The notes: generated from the letters alone by a model not told the origin. A stretch of 64,000 nt of DNA from Sminthopsis crassicaudata (GCF_048593235.1 NC_133621.1:27777254-27841253); one strand, 5' to 3'. Shown: positions 1 through 12,601, counted from the first letter of the stretch. Numbers and translations: made by a program.

Positions 1-3000
1 TTCCCAGACTCCAGTTTCTCATCAGTGGCCACATGTCCAGATTCAGACTGCAGGGTCCCACGTTGGAGCAAGTTCATGGTTTGGGTGTGTAAAAACAGCT
101 CCACTCAATTGATGGAGCTCATCCAATGTTATTCAGTAAATGCATTTTCTAAGATGAGAATATTCTGGATGTGAAATCGTGTTAAATTGACTTCCCAGGC
201 ACAGAAAGCAAATGAACATAATCTCAACGTGTCTGAGATCTCCAAGAATCCTGGGAAAGAAGGGACAAGTCGCTGTTCAAATAGAAATCACGAGTGACTT
301 CCCTTGGCACCGGAGCCCCCCTTCCAGCTCCAAGAGAACGCAGCAGCTGCTCAGGGCCTACGCCGACCTCAGGCCAACAGTCGAAGCTGGAGATGAGGAC
401 GCCATGGAAGGGGAGATGGGTTACTCTCAGACTCTGGCCGGGATCTGTTTTAGATAAATATATTCTGTGAAGAAACTCAGGTAAGGCCGAGAACAGAATG
501 ACACGAGCTGGAACCTGCCCAAGGTAGCAGGTTAACACCTCTGTGAAGAGATCTGGGAATCTCTAATGTTCTCCAAAGGTCCCACATTTGTCTGGCAGGC
601 TGGGCCAGCGACTGAAACGCAGAAACTCAAGAGTTCTATTAGCAGCTTTAGCAATAATTTGCCGAGGGACCTTGGGCCAGGACTTTGCCTGCTCTGTGTC
701 TCAATGACAACATTTGCAAATTGAAGAAAACAAAATTGGACATGCTCCACATCCCATGATGAGAGCTTCTGTTTCATGCTTTAAGGCTTAAAAAATACTT
801 GGCGTGTCATTTCATCAAGGCCTCACAGTCCTGTAAAGTGAATATTACAGATGGAAAAACTGAGGCTGAAAGAGGTGAAGTGGCTAAGCCAAATATAAAG
901 TGTAATAAAGATACTTAAGAACAGATGGCACCAAACCTCCTAACAAGGGAGATGGGCAAACAACAATGAGTTAGGAACCAAAAGGTCAAGTATGGAAACT
1001 GCAGGGCCATTTCTTAACCATGTGACAACAGTCACAGTGATCCCTTTTTTGGATCTTTGTTTCCTCATGTGTAAACTGAGGTTCAACTAGATTTTTAAGA
1101 TCCTTTCTCTATTTTCTATAACTTGAATAATAAAATTTTTTTTATGGAAGGTCAGGTAGTAGAGTAAAAATGCTGGATTTAGGGGTTTTGCCACTTACTA
1201 CTGAATGGCCCTGGGAGAGTCAGCTGCCTTTGCTGGGACTAAATTCCCTCCAAATCTTAGATGCTCTTTTGGATCTTGAATTGAATTTTCTGAAGAGTTC
1301 AATCTTAATTTTGAGGACATTGTGAGGCTTATTAACAATATACCTTAGATTTCTTGCAAATTATTCCGCATCTCTTGAGAACTACAGGGACAGGGCATCT
1401 CGTGATTGTTGTGGGACCACTATGTTATTAAGTAGTTTGCCAAGTAATTTCCTTAGAAATTATCTGAGAAAGACAATGTGTCCACCTCTCCTCCCTTTAT
1501 ATATGGTCTTCCTCACATTTAGGCACTATACCTCATTTCATTAAAAAAATAAAATTAAAAACCTTGATGTGATGATGAGTTTGAATCAAATGTGACCAAA
1601 AAAATCATAAAGAATTTATAAACCAAGTATTCTTCCCTAGCTTGTTACCTCACTATAAAAGGGAGTAAGTACATACCAAGTATAGGGAAGACCTTGTGTG
1701 AATGCACAGACACTGGAGTTTAAAGAATAGCTAGTAGTTAGTTTGGCTGGAAAAGTCCAGCATGAAATATTCTCTGGAAAGGCAGGTGGGAGCCAGAGAC
1801 AGACAGGACATGGTATTTTTGCCAACATTCTCAGAGTAGTATCCCATTATTACTTTCTCCTCCCTCCAACCCTGGTAATGGCAACTGATAGTGTTCTCTT
1901 CTCTCCTCTTGTGAGCTGACCAGGATGTCAGACAGGCTCATGATATTCCAGTAGAGTTCAGCTGAGCAGAGGTTAATTGTGTTGTTAGTTCAACATCCTA
2001 GAGGCAAAAGTCTGGGATCAGATGGAGCTCGCCCCCAGAAGGAGTCATAGGTGAGCCAGGATTTTCCTTTCCAGCAGCCTGGGGAGGCAGTGATAGCTAA
2101 ATCAATCCAGGGAGTTAAAATGCCACCTCTAGAAGAACAAAACAATAGGCGAAAGAAAGGCTGAATCTTCTGATTTCAAGGGATCAATAAGTGGAGAGGA
2201 GCAGGATTGATTAGATCAAGTGTTTATTAAATACCAGGCACTACACTAACCTTGCTTACATAAGAATAAACAAGCAGGGCAGGCCCAACATGCACAGAGC
2301 TGATACCATGATGGGGAAATGGAAAGGGGGGCAGAGGATTAAAGAAGCTTTAGGTGGGAGCAAAGCCTGGTAAGAAACAGGAGAAAATATTTAAGAACCA
2401 AGGTGGGAGTCAAGAGGAGAACACTGCATCCCTCCAGTAGTCTGAGCAGCATCCACGTTCTGCAGGAGAGGAGGGAGACGTGGGTGCTCCATCAGAGCAG
2501 GAGAGGGCAGGAAGTCCAGCCGAGGTCTCTCCAAAGACTCAGGAGGCTTCTGAGGATTCCATTGGGCAGACCCTCCCTCTCCACATGTCCATGAAGACCT
2601 GGCCTCCCTCCTGCTCCAGTTGTCTAAAAGATTAGTCCTTGGAAGCTCATTTGGCTTAACAAGCTTCTCAGAAGATGACTGCCTATGGAAATGTGAGAGA
2701 ATATGAGAACTGAATCATTTATTCACACTTCTGTGTGAATGAGTTGGCCAAAGCTTTCCTCCCAGGTGTTAATCCAGCTACATACAAGGAAGGAGAAGGC
2801 TGGGAAGTGACAGGAACGAGGGGTGAGCTAATTGCTGAATATGAAGCACTTCACAAAGAGCACAGGATGGGATTGGGGGGAGTGCTGAGGGAGAGCCATT
2901 GGTCTGGGCCCCAAAGAACAAAGTCGATTTGTTTTATTCTTTGTGTCTGACCCCAGCTTATAGCATATCACCCGGGACACGGTAGTGGTTTAATCATTTC

Positions 3001-3061
3001 TTACTGGATAACTGAGAGAGGCAGGGAAAATGCTCTGAGCAATCAGAAAGAAATAAGGAGG

Positions 3062-4072
3062 AATGATAGATGGTCAAAGGATATGAACAGACAATTCTCA
3101 GATGATGAAATTGAAACTATATCCACTCATATGAAAGAGTGTTCCAAATCACTACTGATCAGAGAAATGCAAATTAAGACCACTCTGAGATACCACTACA
3201 CACCTGTCAGATTGGCTAAGATGACAGGAACAAATAATGATGAATGTTGGAGGGGATGTGGGGAAACTGGGACACTGATACATTGTTGGTAGAGTTCTGA
3301 ATTGATTCAACCATTCAGGAGAGCAATCTGGAATTATACCCAAAGGGCTATCAAACTCTGCATACCCTTTGATCCAGCAGTGTTTCTACTGGGCTTATAT
3401 CCTTAAAAGATCATAAGGATTAGAAAAAGAATCACATATGCAAAAATGTTTGTGGCAGCCCTTTTTGTGGTGGCAAAAAACTGTAAACTGGATGCCCATC
3501 AGCTGGGGAATGGCTGAATAAGTTGTGATATAAGAATGTTATGGAATATTACTGTTCTCTAAGAAATGATCATCAGGAAGATTTCAGAGAGACCTGGAGA
3601 GACCTACATGAACTGATGCTAAGTGAAATGAGCAGAAATGAGGAGAACATTGTACATGGCAACAAACAAGATTGTACAATGATCAATTCGGATGGACATG
3701 GCTCTCATCAACAATTAGATGATTCAGACCAGCTCCAATGGTCTTGTGATGAAGAAAACTATCTGTACCCAGAGAGAGGACTGGGGGAACTGAGTTTGGA
3801 ACAACACATAGTATTTTCACTCTTTTTTGTTATTGTTTGTTTGCATTTTGTTTTCTATCTCATTTTTTCTCCTTTTTGATTCGATTTTTCTTGTGCAGCA
3901 AGATATTTGTGAGAAAATGCATAAAGGAAGTGCACATATTTAACATATTGGATCATTTGTTGACTGGAGTCGGGGAAAGGGAGGGAAAAAAAATTAGAAC
4001 ACAGGGTTTTGTAGGGGTGAATGTCAAAAATTATCCATGTATAGATTTTGAAAATAAAAAGCTTTTAAAAAA
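3062..4072 (+). mobile_element. 5'-truncated LINE-1 (ORF2 C-terminus + 3' UTR + A-rich tail)
   Basis: ORF 3083-3292 MNRQFSDDEI...RYHYTPVRLAKM...CWRGCGETGTLIHCW is the L1 ORF2 Cys-rich C-terminus. 3541-3660 encodes MEYYCSLRND...DLHELMLSEMSR. It ends in the marsupial L1 3' UTR with aaaataaaaagctttt and an A-run. Confidence 0.95.
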
Positions 4073-4801
4073 AACCCTAAGCATATTGATTCTACCTCTT
4101 AAAAAACATAAATCTATCCATGTCACCCAAGGTCCAATAACCAGAACTTAAAGCAATTCTAGGGGCAGGAAAGCTGAGTGATGAGCTCCACATTGACCTC
4201 CAACATTTACTAGTTGCGTGATCCTTTGCGAGTTACTTAACCTTTGAACTGAAGCCTCAGCTTAATAAGATCAGTCTACACAAGTGAAAATGAGGGAGTA
4301 TTATTGGATGAGCAAAATCCAAAGGGAAAGATCAAACTCTGAAATATGTTTATTCACAATAAGAAAAGAAACCACAGCATCAGTATTTGGAAGAGAAAGT
4401 CCTCTTTTTAGGGTGACTAGTCTACTTTATGTTATGTTCAGATGAGTTAATAAAGGTATATTACCTGAAGATATAGTCTATTATATTTAAGCCCCTGAAG
4501 TAATTTTTTAAAGTGTCACTTTAACAGTCTTAGAAACAGATCCAAATATTTGAAATCTTTAACTTTAACAATACCTTAAATTATAGACACAAACGTTCAT
4601 TGAAATTGATACTATTCCAAAGGTAGATTTTTTTCTTTCTGCCTAAACTTAGTTTGTTTTTAAGATAAATGTAAATGCCTAGCACCAGAAATTTTTAAAC
4701 ATGTTTTATTGACCCAATTGGACACAATAGCTATTACCTCCAACTGTGTAAATATGGCCCAGTGCAAATGCATCTTTAGATTATGTTGTGACAAGTAATT
4801 A

Positions 4802-4803
<2 letters not shown>

Positions 4804-4858
<55 letters not shown>
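4804..4858. repeat. (GT)n microsatellite
   Basis: Direct reading: about 27 perfect units. Confidence 0.99.
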
Positions 4859-4860
<2 letters not shown>

Positions 4861-7149
4861 GCACTAAAGGGCTGTTTTTCCAAACTATATTCTTGGCTTA
4901 TTTCATTACTATCCTCAAAAGACCTCAAGTTATCTCATCTACATTAGAGATTTGTGAAATTTAAATTTCTTTTGGAAATCTATTTTTGTAAAATACATTT
5001 CTAAAGCTTCTCAGTTTTAAACGCTCACACATAAATCATGAGAAAAAAAAACCCCAACAGATTTTATTCAGTCTTGAAATCTTTTATTAAGGAGATGATT
5101 TTTTTCCTTTGGTATCTTATAAGGGAAATTATTTTTTATAGAGAACTATTATTCTCCTAAAAATGGAAATTTATTGTGACACCTAAATTACAATTTTATA
5201 AAAGACTTTGAACTTTCGTGTCACAGCTAGTCACCATTTCCTTGCTATTTCATCACGTATATTTCCTATCAAACATTCAGATCTACTTCGAAGTTGTGAA
5301 ATGAAATAGCCAACACTTGATACACCCGGCAAGCAAACAACACACAAATGTGAACATCTGAAACGCAGAGAGATGAAAACATGTTTTCATTATGGGAGGG
5401 CCTGTTAATTTAAGACTGTGGTGCCCAAGTGCTAGACCCCTTCTTCTATTTTAATTCTGCGTGGCATTCTGAAACGACTTCTAGAGCTGCAAAACCCTAC
5501 CCCAGCGCTCGCCTGCTCCTTCCTAGTCATGCCCACATTGGAAAAATTATCGATGGGGGTGGTGTGATGTGTCCAACAGCTTTTGGATTCTGCGAAGTTT
5601 CCCTTTTACATTCTAATGAGATGCGTGTGCCAGGAATGTCAGCCAAAGTAACGAACCTTCATTGTGTGCAGGGGATGTTGAGCCAGTATCATTCTTGTGC
5701 AAACAATCCTTCTTTGCCGAGGAAGAATTAACCAGGGCATTAGTAAGGATAAAATTACCTCATGTTCTCGTTCTTGCAAAATCTTTTTTTACCCATATAA
5801 GTTTAGAGCACAAACGTGTAGGACAATATTATGTTACATGGGTAACTCATTAAAATGAAAGTGAATATGTAACGTTTTTGATACAAATGGAAACATTTTC
5901 CATCCTGTCAGTAACAAAGATTTCTAGAAAGCACCTACTGTGACAATGACAAGGATGACATTCATATATTACTTAGAGGGTTTCAAAGTACTTTACGCAT
6001 ATATTTTCCCCGTACACCTACAACACTGGGAGTAAGGTGCTGTTCACTATCACTGCTCTACAGCTGAGCAGCCTGGGAGAGCCCACCATCAAGCACACTG
6101 CTAATAAGTCAGCCACCTGTCCATGGCTGGAAAGGCCTGGGCAGAGCCTGAGTCCAGGGTGAGTGAAGTGCTCGGCACTAGGGTCACACAAGGACAAAAG
6201 ATCCACAAGGCAATTCCTGTCCTCAAGGGGCTTGTCAGAGATTACAGGGCAATCTGCAGGGAGAGGGCAGGGGACATGGGCCTCAATGTCCAACACATCC
6301 CGTGTTCTCTTTATTTCAATGTGTGAGTGGGACAAGTGAAAGACCCTTCCTCCAATTTATCAAAGGCTGTTTTCATGATGAATGTTTCCTCCGCCAACGC
6401 CGGTTCTCAGCCCGAGATGTCCAGTCTGCTAACAGCTGGTGTCCTGAGTCCTTGCGGTTGCTGGGACTCTCAGAACTCCTATTCTAAAGTGGTGAAAACT
6501 CAAGGGCAATGTATGTCAAGAGGAGAGAAGGCAGGCCATTTACCAGGATTTTGTGATGACACATCCAGGAGGGAAAAGGCTACTTGAAGGCAATCAGTCA
6601 TTCAAAGAAACGACTTAGCAGAACACGTCAGTATGTTAATAGAACCAGGGATGATTTTCTTCACTGATGCCGACTGCGCTCCAGGAACATCATCTCCATG
6701 GCCCCAGGAAGGCCCCTCGGCCTTGAGGGAGAAACATCTTCTTGTGAGAAGACTCCAAACATGCGCTGAGATTAGGGGGAAGATCCGTTTCATTCACTTC
6801 GGACTTTCAAGCAAAGCCAAGAGACCCCCTGGTGAGTGTGCTGTAGAGGGGCACGCTTGTTAAAATGCATGTAGAACCAGACGGCCTCTGAGGTCCCTCC
6901 CAACCTTGTGAGCTTGTCATAGGATACAGCTTTGCCCAAATCTTACTGTTTTCCCTTCACAAACTCAGAGGGAGCCTGTGCACTGTACTCCATCTCTGTG
7001 AAGGTGAAGTGCCTGGTAGGGGATCAGACCGCAGGTCCTGTTTCTACACCTTGTGTTCTTTCTGCTGCTCCATGCTGCTTCCTTTTCATTCATCAAATCA
7101 AATTTAAAAAACAACAAAACCTAACCTTAAGATAATTTTTTTAAAATAA

Positions 7150-7430
7150 ACAACAGAAGTTGACTAAAACAACAACTTTTATGGATTCAATACAAATCAA
7201 AACATAGTATTTTCATTTTTGTTTTTTCTTTCTTGTGATTTTTCCCTTTTGTTCTGATTCTTCTTTCAAAACATAGCTGATGTGGAAATATGTTGAACAT
7301 GATTATTAACCTTTGTTATAGATTGCGCAAGAGAAGGAGGAAGGAAGAACAATTTGGAACTCAATCTTATCAAAACTGAATACTGAAAATTATCTTGACA
7401 TGTAATTAAATGCAAAAAACAAAAACAAAA
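7150..7430 (+). mobile_element. Old LINE-1 3' UTR fragment
   Basis: tcaaaacatagtattttcatttttg...tttgttctgattcttctttcaaaacatagctgatgtggaaatatgtt matches the marsupial L1 3' UTR and ends in an A-rich tail. Confidence 0.75.
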
Positions 7431-7604
7431 AAAAGTTTGCTGCTGTTAATTCTTTCTCACTACCCCTCAGGGAGAAAGGTTGAGCCTTAGGGAATCAAAA
7501 CCACATGACATGAAACAGGCTGGAACTGAATTAGATTCAACAGAAGAGAGCCAAAGCCTTTCCTGCCTCTATATCTGCAACAGACCATGGATGAAATTAT
7601 TTTA

Positions 7605-7921
7605 TATAAAGGGCCCCAGATATTCGGGAAATCTGAGAAAAGTATACTTGAAGCAAAGATACTTACAGCAGGGTATTAACTCAGTGTCATTAATGAGATG
7701 ATGGTTCTCTAGTTCACATATACACTTAGTACTTAGTATGGTGATGGAATGGTTCTCTAGCTCAAACATACTTAGTGTGCTATAATGATGTAATCATATT
7801 GAGGTATTTAAGGGCGCTCCATCTTTGACCACCCTCCTAGTGGCTCTCCTGTCTACTTAACTCCTCCACTAAAACCAAAGCTGGTCCCAAGATCCTCCTG
7901 AAAGCTAGCCCAGACATAACA
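7605..7921 (+). mobile_element. ERV LTR (dasyurid type), probably solo and partly deleted
   Basis: Starts tataaagggcccc (TG..-like). Has an internal tandem duplication atggttctctag...cttagt and a TATA-like tatttaa. Ends gaaagctagcccagacataaca, like dasyurid LTRs I recall. Flanked by atttta / attttg, a possible 6-bp TSD. Confidence 0.7.
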
Positions 7922-7930
7922 ATTTTGGGT

Positions 7931-8254
7931 AATTTTTTTTTAAATTTTCAGCAGTATTTTATTTTTCAAATAAATGTAAAGATCGTTTTTAACATTCATT
8001 TTTTAAGACTTTGTGTTCCATGTTTTTCTCTCTCCCCCTTACTTCCCCCATCCCTTCCCCCAAGACAACAAGCAATTTGGTAAAGATTAATTATGTGCAA
8101 TTCTTTTAAACATATTTCCATATTAATATGTTGTATAGGAAAAATCAGACAGGAAAAAAATACAAGAAAAAAAGAGAAACAACGAAAGAAGTGAAAATAT
8201 TATGCTTTGATCCATATTCAATCTTCATAGTACTCTCTCTGGATGCAGATGGCA
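7931..8254 (-). mobile_element. LINE-1 3' UTR fragment
   Basis: T-rich tail, then marsupial L1 3' UTR motifs (ttttatttttc..., ...tatgctttgatccatattcaatcttcatag...ctctctggatgcagatggca). Confidence 0.85.
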
Positions 8255-8904
8255 CAGAAATTTTTTTTTTTTTGTTATTAAATCCCAGAATTGGTTCCCT
8301 CTAGCTACATTGACCAAGCTGATCCAAGAAGAAAAAAGTCCCTTGACTTAGGAAGAGCCAGGAAGGCTACATGCACAGAGTCTGATGCTGAGGTCCATAT
8401 CAAACATTCTAAGTCCTTTGAAGAGAAGCTGCAGATGAGGAATTGTGGGGAGGGTTATTTAGGTTCGTAAAATGTCCCTTGTTCTCTAATTGTGATCTTT
8501 TCAGCTGTTTTTTTTTTTAACTGGCAGTGGTCCTGTAGAACATTCAGAGACAACCATCCGCAGCTTTGCACTTAACTACTTCATTTTGTTCTTGGAGGCC
8601 AGTAAGATTTAGCTATCCTAAGAGTTTATGATGCCTCTCGTAATACCCAGGGGCTCAAAGTATTGATTAAGTTCCTAGATTTAAGGCTTTTCTATCTTTC
8701 AATTTGATAGAAGGCTGAACATTAGTTCTGTATATATTCTTCCTGCATTGCCTCTCATCAACTAACACATGCCCATTGGAATGAATTTAAAAATTCTAAC
8801 TTGGTAACTTTTAAAATTCAAAAACCTTGCTCTTGGATCTACCAAAAGAAACCGCAGGAATGGGATGATTTGCTGTCCCCCGGCGGTTTCCCTATGCTCT
8901 GCTG

Positions 8905-9127
8905 TACGGTAATCATGCTAGACTCTGTAAGACGCCACGTGGGGTTTTCTTGGTGAAGATAACAGGAATGGCCATTTTCTTCTCTACTCGTATCTTAGAG
9001 GAGGAAACCGAGGCAAACAGGCTTAAGTGCAACTTGCCCAGTCACAAACCTAGCAGGTGTTGGGGGATCTGAACACAGGTCTTCCTGGCTCTGGGCCCCA
9101 TTCTTTCACAGTGCTACTAGCTGCCTC
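8905..9127 (-). mobile_element. MAR1-type CORE-SINE with RTE-like tail
   Basis: gactctgtaagacgccacgtggggttttcttggtgaagat...gccattttcttctc...gaggaaaccgaggcaaacagg.ttaagtg..acttgcccagtcaca...ctagctgcctc. Confidence 0.8.
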
Positions 9128-9704
9128 ATGTTCTCATCAGACTGATTTTTTGAACTTCAAATTAACTCGAAATATTGATGGTCAGTTCAGTATAGTAGAA
9201 ACAGGAGCAGAGGCGGAGCCAGAGTCCCTGACTTTTAAGGTGGTTCTCTTAGCTTAAATGGTCATCTGTAAAAAGAAAGGACAAGCCGGGACGGCCAAGG
9301 CTGCATCCAACCACCACTGCTTTTGTCTTATAAAAATGAAATCTGCCCAAATCTCCGACCTTCCCAAATAGCACAAACCTCTGAATTCCACACTGTAGGA
9401 AATAGGGCAGGAGATAATCCAATAGAGTATTATATTATTCTAAGATTATACAAATAAAATCTCATTATACTACTTAGATGACAGATTGAACTGACATCAA
9501 ATTTGGTAGGGCATAATTTTCTAAGTCGCTGCTCTCTTTGCTTTGGTTTCCTCAATTGCAAAATGGGGCTAATAGTAGCACCTGGATTACATAATATTTA
9601 TAAAGCACATTTCACACAAATCTTTAAATCCTAGGTAAGCGCATTGTAGTTTTAGCTACAATGAGATAAAGGTAACCAGTTGCCTCTAAGTTTGAATTTC
9701 CTTA

Positions 9705-9810
9705 TATGTAAAATGGATGAATGATTAGAGCATTTATTAAGCCAAGCACTGTACTAAATGCTAAGAACACAAATAGCTCTAGTCCCAAGGAGCTCCTTCT
9801 AAGATAAGGA
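9705..9810 (-). mobile_element. L2 3' end
   Basis: gcatttattaagccaagcactgtactaaatgctaagaacacaaa..ctctagtcccaaggagct. Confidence 0.7.
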
Positions 9811-9829
9811 GCCAACAAGAAGAGAGAAT

Positions 9830-9843
9830 GTGACCATGGCAAC
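9830..9843. promoter_or_regulatory. Candidate RFX X-box
   Basis: GTGACCATGGCAAC fits GTNRCC-N2-RGYAAC exactly. Confidence 0.35.
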
Positions 9844-12049
9844 CTGGAAAGTTGCAAGGATGGTGGGTGGGGCCACAGGGCATGACACCCACATGGACAG
9901 CTCATTGGACCAAAAGTGGAAGAATATTCAGGGAGGGAAGACATGACCCTGGGGACAACTGGGGAGTGGATGGCCAGAATGGAGGGAGTAAAAGCAAACA
10001 TGGCTGAAGCCTGCCTGAAACAGCGGGGCATGTATGGCTTTCTCCCAACAGGACAATGGAGGGTCCATGGCAGAAAGTTCTGGAGATGAAAAGTTTAATA
10101 ACCAATTCTTAGGGCTCAGTTTCCCCTTCTGTAAAGTAAAAAGGCTGTCAAGACCAGCTCTAAATCACTAACCCTGTGGCCCTAGCGACAGGGTTGACGT
10201 TACAAGTCACACAAGCTGAGCAGACCATTGAAGCAGCCTGGACGATTCCTCCAAAGTGGGCGGATGGGCTGAAGCGGGCAGGCTGGCAGCTGAGCCGCGG
10301 ACAGAGGGGACCCCCCAACGTCTTGGCCATGAGTTCTGATCAGAAAAAGAGAAACAGCCGAAACCAATAATAGTGATGGCCCTTCTGTCATTAAAAGAGT
10401 TTGTCTCCATAAGCCCAAGTCTGCCACAAAATGCACTTGGGGCCGTTTGTTTAAAGAATGGGGGCTTTTCTGTCACAGAACCCTGTCAATAATGGAGACT
10501 GTGTGTTACATGACAATGGCAGAGTCTGTTTACTCTAATGCTGAACAGTTGTGTTATGGGCAATTTAGGTTTCTATCATGTATTTACACAAAATTTACAG
10601 CTAAATCCCAAAGAGAATTAATTTTTTTCATTATTCTAAATTGGTTGCAGATTTTATTAATAAAGCACTAATTATTTTATTGCTGCCAAGATGCATACCT
10701 CATTGTAGGGCAAAGGTTGCTTACTGCATTTGCAAAGCTGGACATTGCAGGAAGCATTTCATTTCACTATACTGAGATGGTAAACAGAGCCAAGGTTGAT
10801 TAGGCCCTCTCATTAGGAGCAGTAAAAACTCTTCAAAGCAATTTTTCTTAGACTGTTTCCATTGTTCCCCTTGTCCAGTGAATTAACAATGACGTGATGG
10901 CTACTGCTAGCAAGTAGGCTGACATGCTACCAACACTGAGTGGTGGGCTGCAAGAAATCAGGATTGCACAGGAAATACACTCAGTCACACAGTAAGATTG
11001 AGGGTAATGCATGACCAGCCCCAAAGTGTGGCCCTGGGAGCCATGAAATGCTCCAAGAGCTCCAGGGAAGGCTCCCGGATCATAGGCAGAAGGAACCCCA
11101 GAGGCATCGAGGTGACTGTACAGGAACAGAAGCAGACCTGAGCTAAAAGGGCTCAAGCACGGAGACAAGCCTCCAACAGGAGGACCACGGACAAGACACA
11201 AACAGGATGAAACGTGGACGGGTTGTGGTGGGCCCACCAGTGACGTGGCACCCGTGTGAAAATAAGCATGGCTGCATTAGTCTGTGTGCCTCTGAAAGCT
11301 ACGGAAATTTTGGCTGATGTAATGTGTCATTATCAAGGATTGATGTTCTTGCTGCCAAATAATTAAAAAAGTCAAATTAAAGTAAGCAGTCTGTGCCTAC
11401 AGGGGTTAAGCAAATCTTTCAAAGAAAAACATTTTCTTCCAAGTTACAGCTTGCCACAGTGAAATGAGCAATGGCCCTGGAGTCTGAGGACCTGTATTTA
11501 TTTACTATGTGTGTGTGTCTCTTTGTCTGTGTCATGGCATCTCCAACTAAAATGAAAGCCTTGTGATTGGAAACTGTTTTGTTCTCTGAGCTTAGAGCTC
11601 AAAGGGCAGCCCGGGCCTGAGAAGAGAGCTCAGCCTGAGTCAGGCAGGGCCTTTGTGGCTGCCACATCTGTGTGATCTTGGACAAACCAACTAGCCTTTT
11701 TTAGCCTCAGTGGTCTTATCTGCAAAATGGGAGGACCAGCCTTGCCGCACAAAGTCCCTCTGAAGCTCCATAGCCTCCTAGGATTCTTTATACCTTCATG
11801 TAGGAGCATTTGCTGCTTCTCATATTTTTTTTTAAATTTTAAACATTTGAGAATATGAAGCTATTGTCCCAAAGAGACCGAATGTGTTGGGAAAGCCTGA
11901 AGAAGTTTTACTTAGGAAGTCCAAATGTGCCCGGGACTTGTTTGCTGACTAAATGCTAACATGGGAAAACCAAAAGAGGAGTTTAAAACATGTCTGCAGC
12001 TGAAAAACTGGCAAGTATTCTTTTGTTTTGTTGACTAATGTCCCTTGCT

Positions 12050-12230
12050 AGTGTGCCAGCTGGGTAAAGGCGGTCACAAATTCATTCAAGTTCAAATCTA
12101 GCCTCAGATCCTAGAAAGGTATAATATAGAGCCTGCTTCCCTCCCAGAGTTGTTAGGAGGGTACAACAAGGTAATATCTGTCAAGCACTTAGCAAACCTT
12201 TAGGTGCTACATAAAAGTTAGCCACTCCAG
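12050..12230 (+). mobile_element. MIR SINE
   Basis: cctcccagagttgttaggagg...gtcaagcacttagcaaacctttaggtgctacataaaagttag. Confidence 0.7.
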
Positions 12231-12601
12231 CTGCTTACTACTACACTACTACTGCTACTACTACCACTACTTCTCCCCATCACCAGCAGCAGCTGTACCA
12301 TCCCCCCCCATTCTTTACCATGCTTTGGTCAGCTAGCCTTCTCTCTCTATCATTTCAGGAGGCAAATAAACTAGGATGTAAATTTTAGTGTGCTCAAGAA
12401 CTTAGATACATCACAAAACAAGACCTGAGAGTTACAAAGAGCAATGTTGTCTAGATACACATACAAAGCCCATGAACCCATGCATGTATGTGTATGTGTA
12501 TGTACATCTATACAACTGCCAACATTAACACTATCCATACCATATCTGGTCCTTGACAAGCAGCAAATTTTGCAGATTCAATCTGACAGGCAATTAATTG
12601 G

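Noticed and set aside
3083-3879. L1-derived ORFs as host genes (also 62148-62396, 51938-52485)
   Set aside because: They are fragments of LINE-1 ORF2 or the 3' UTR, not cellular genes.
10207-11115. Apparent two-exon in-frame chain on the minus strand (11115-~11019 HLDASGVPSAYDPGAFPG..., then ~10342 NSWPRRWGVP...*)
   Set aside because: The acceptors are plausible, but the donor (CTG|gtcatg) is poor and the peptide resembles nothing I recognise. It lies inside the inferred UBE2E2 intron. Treated as chance.
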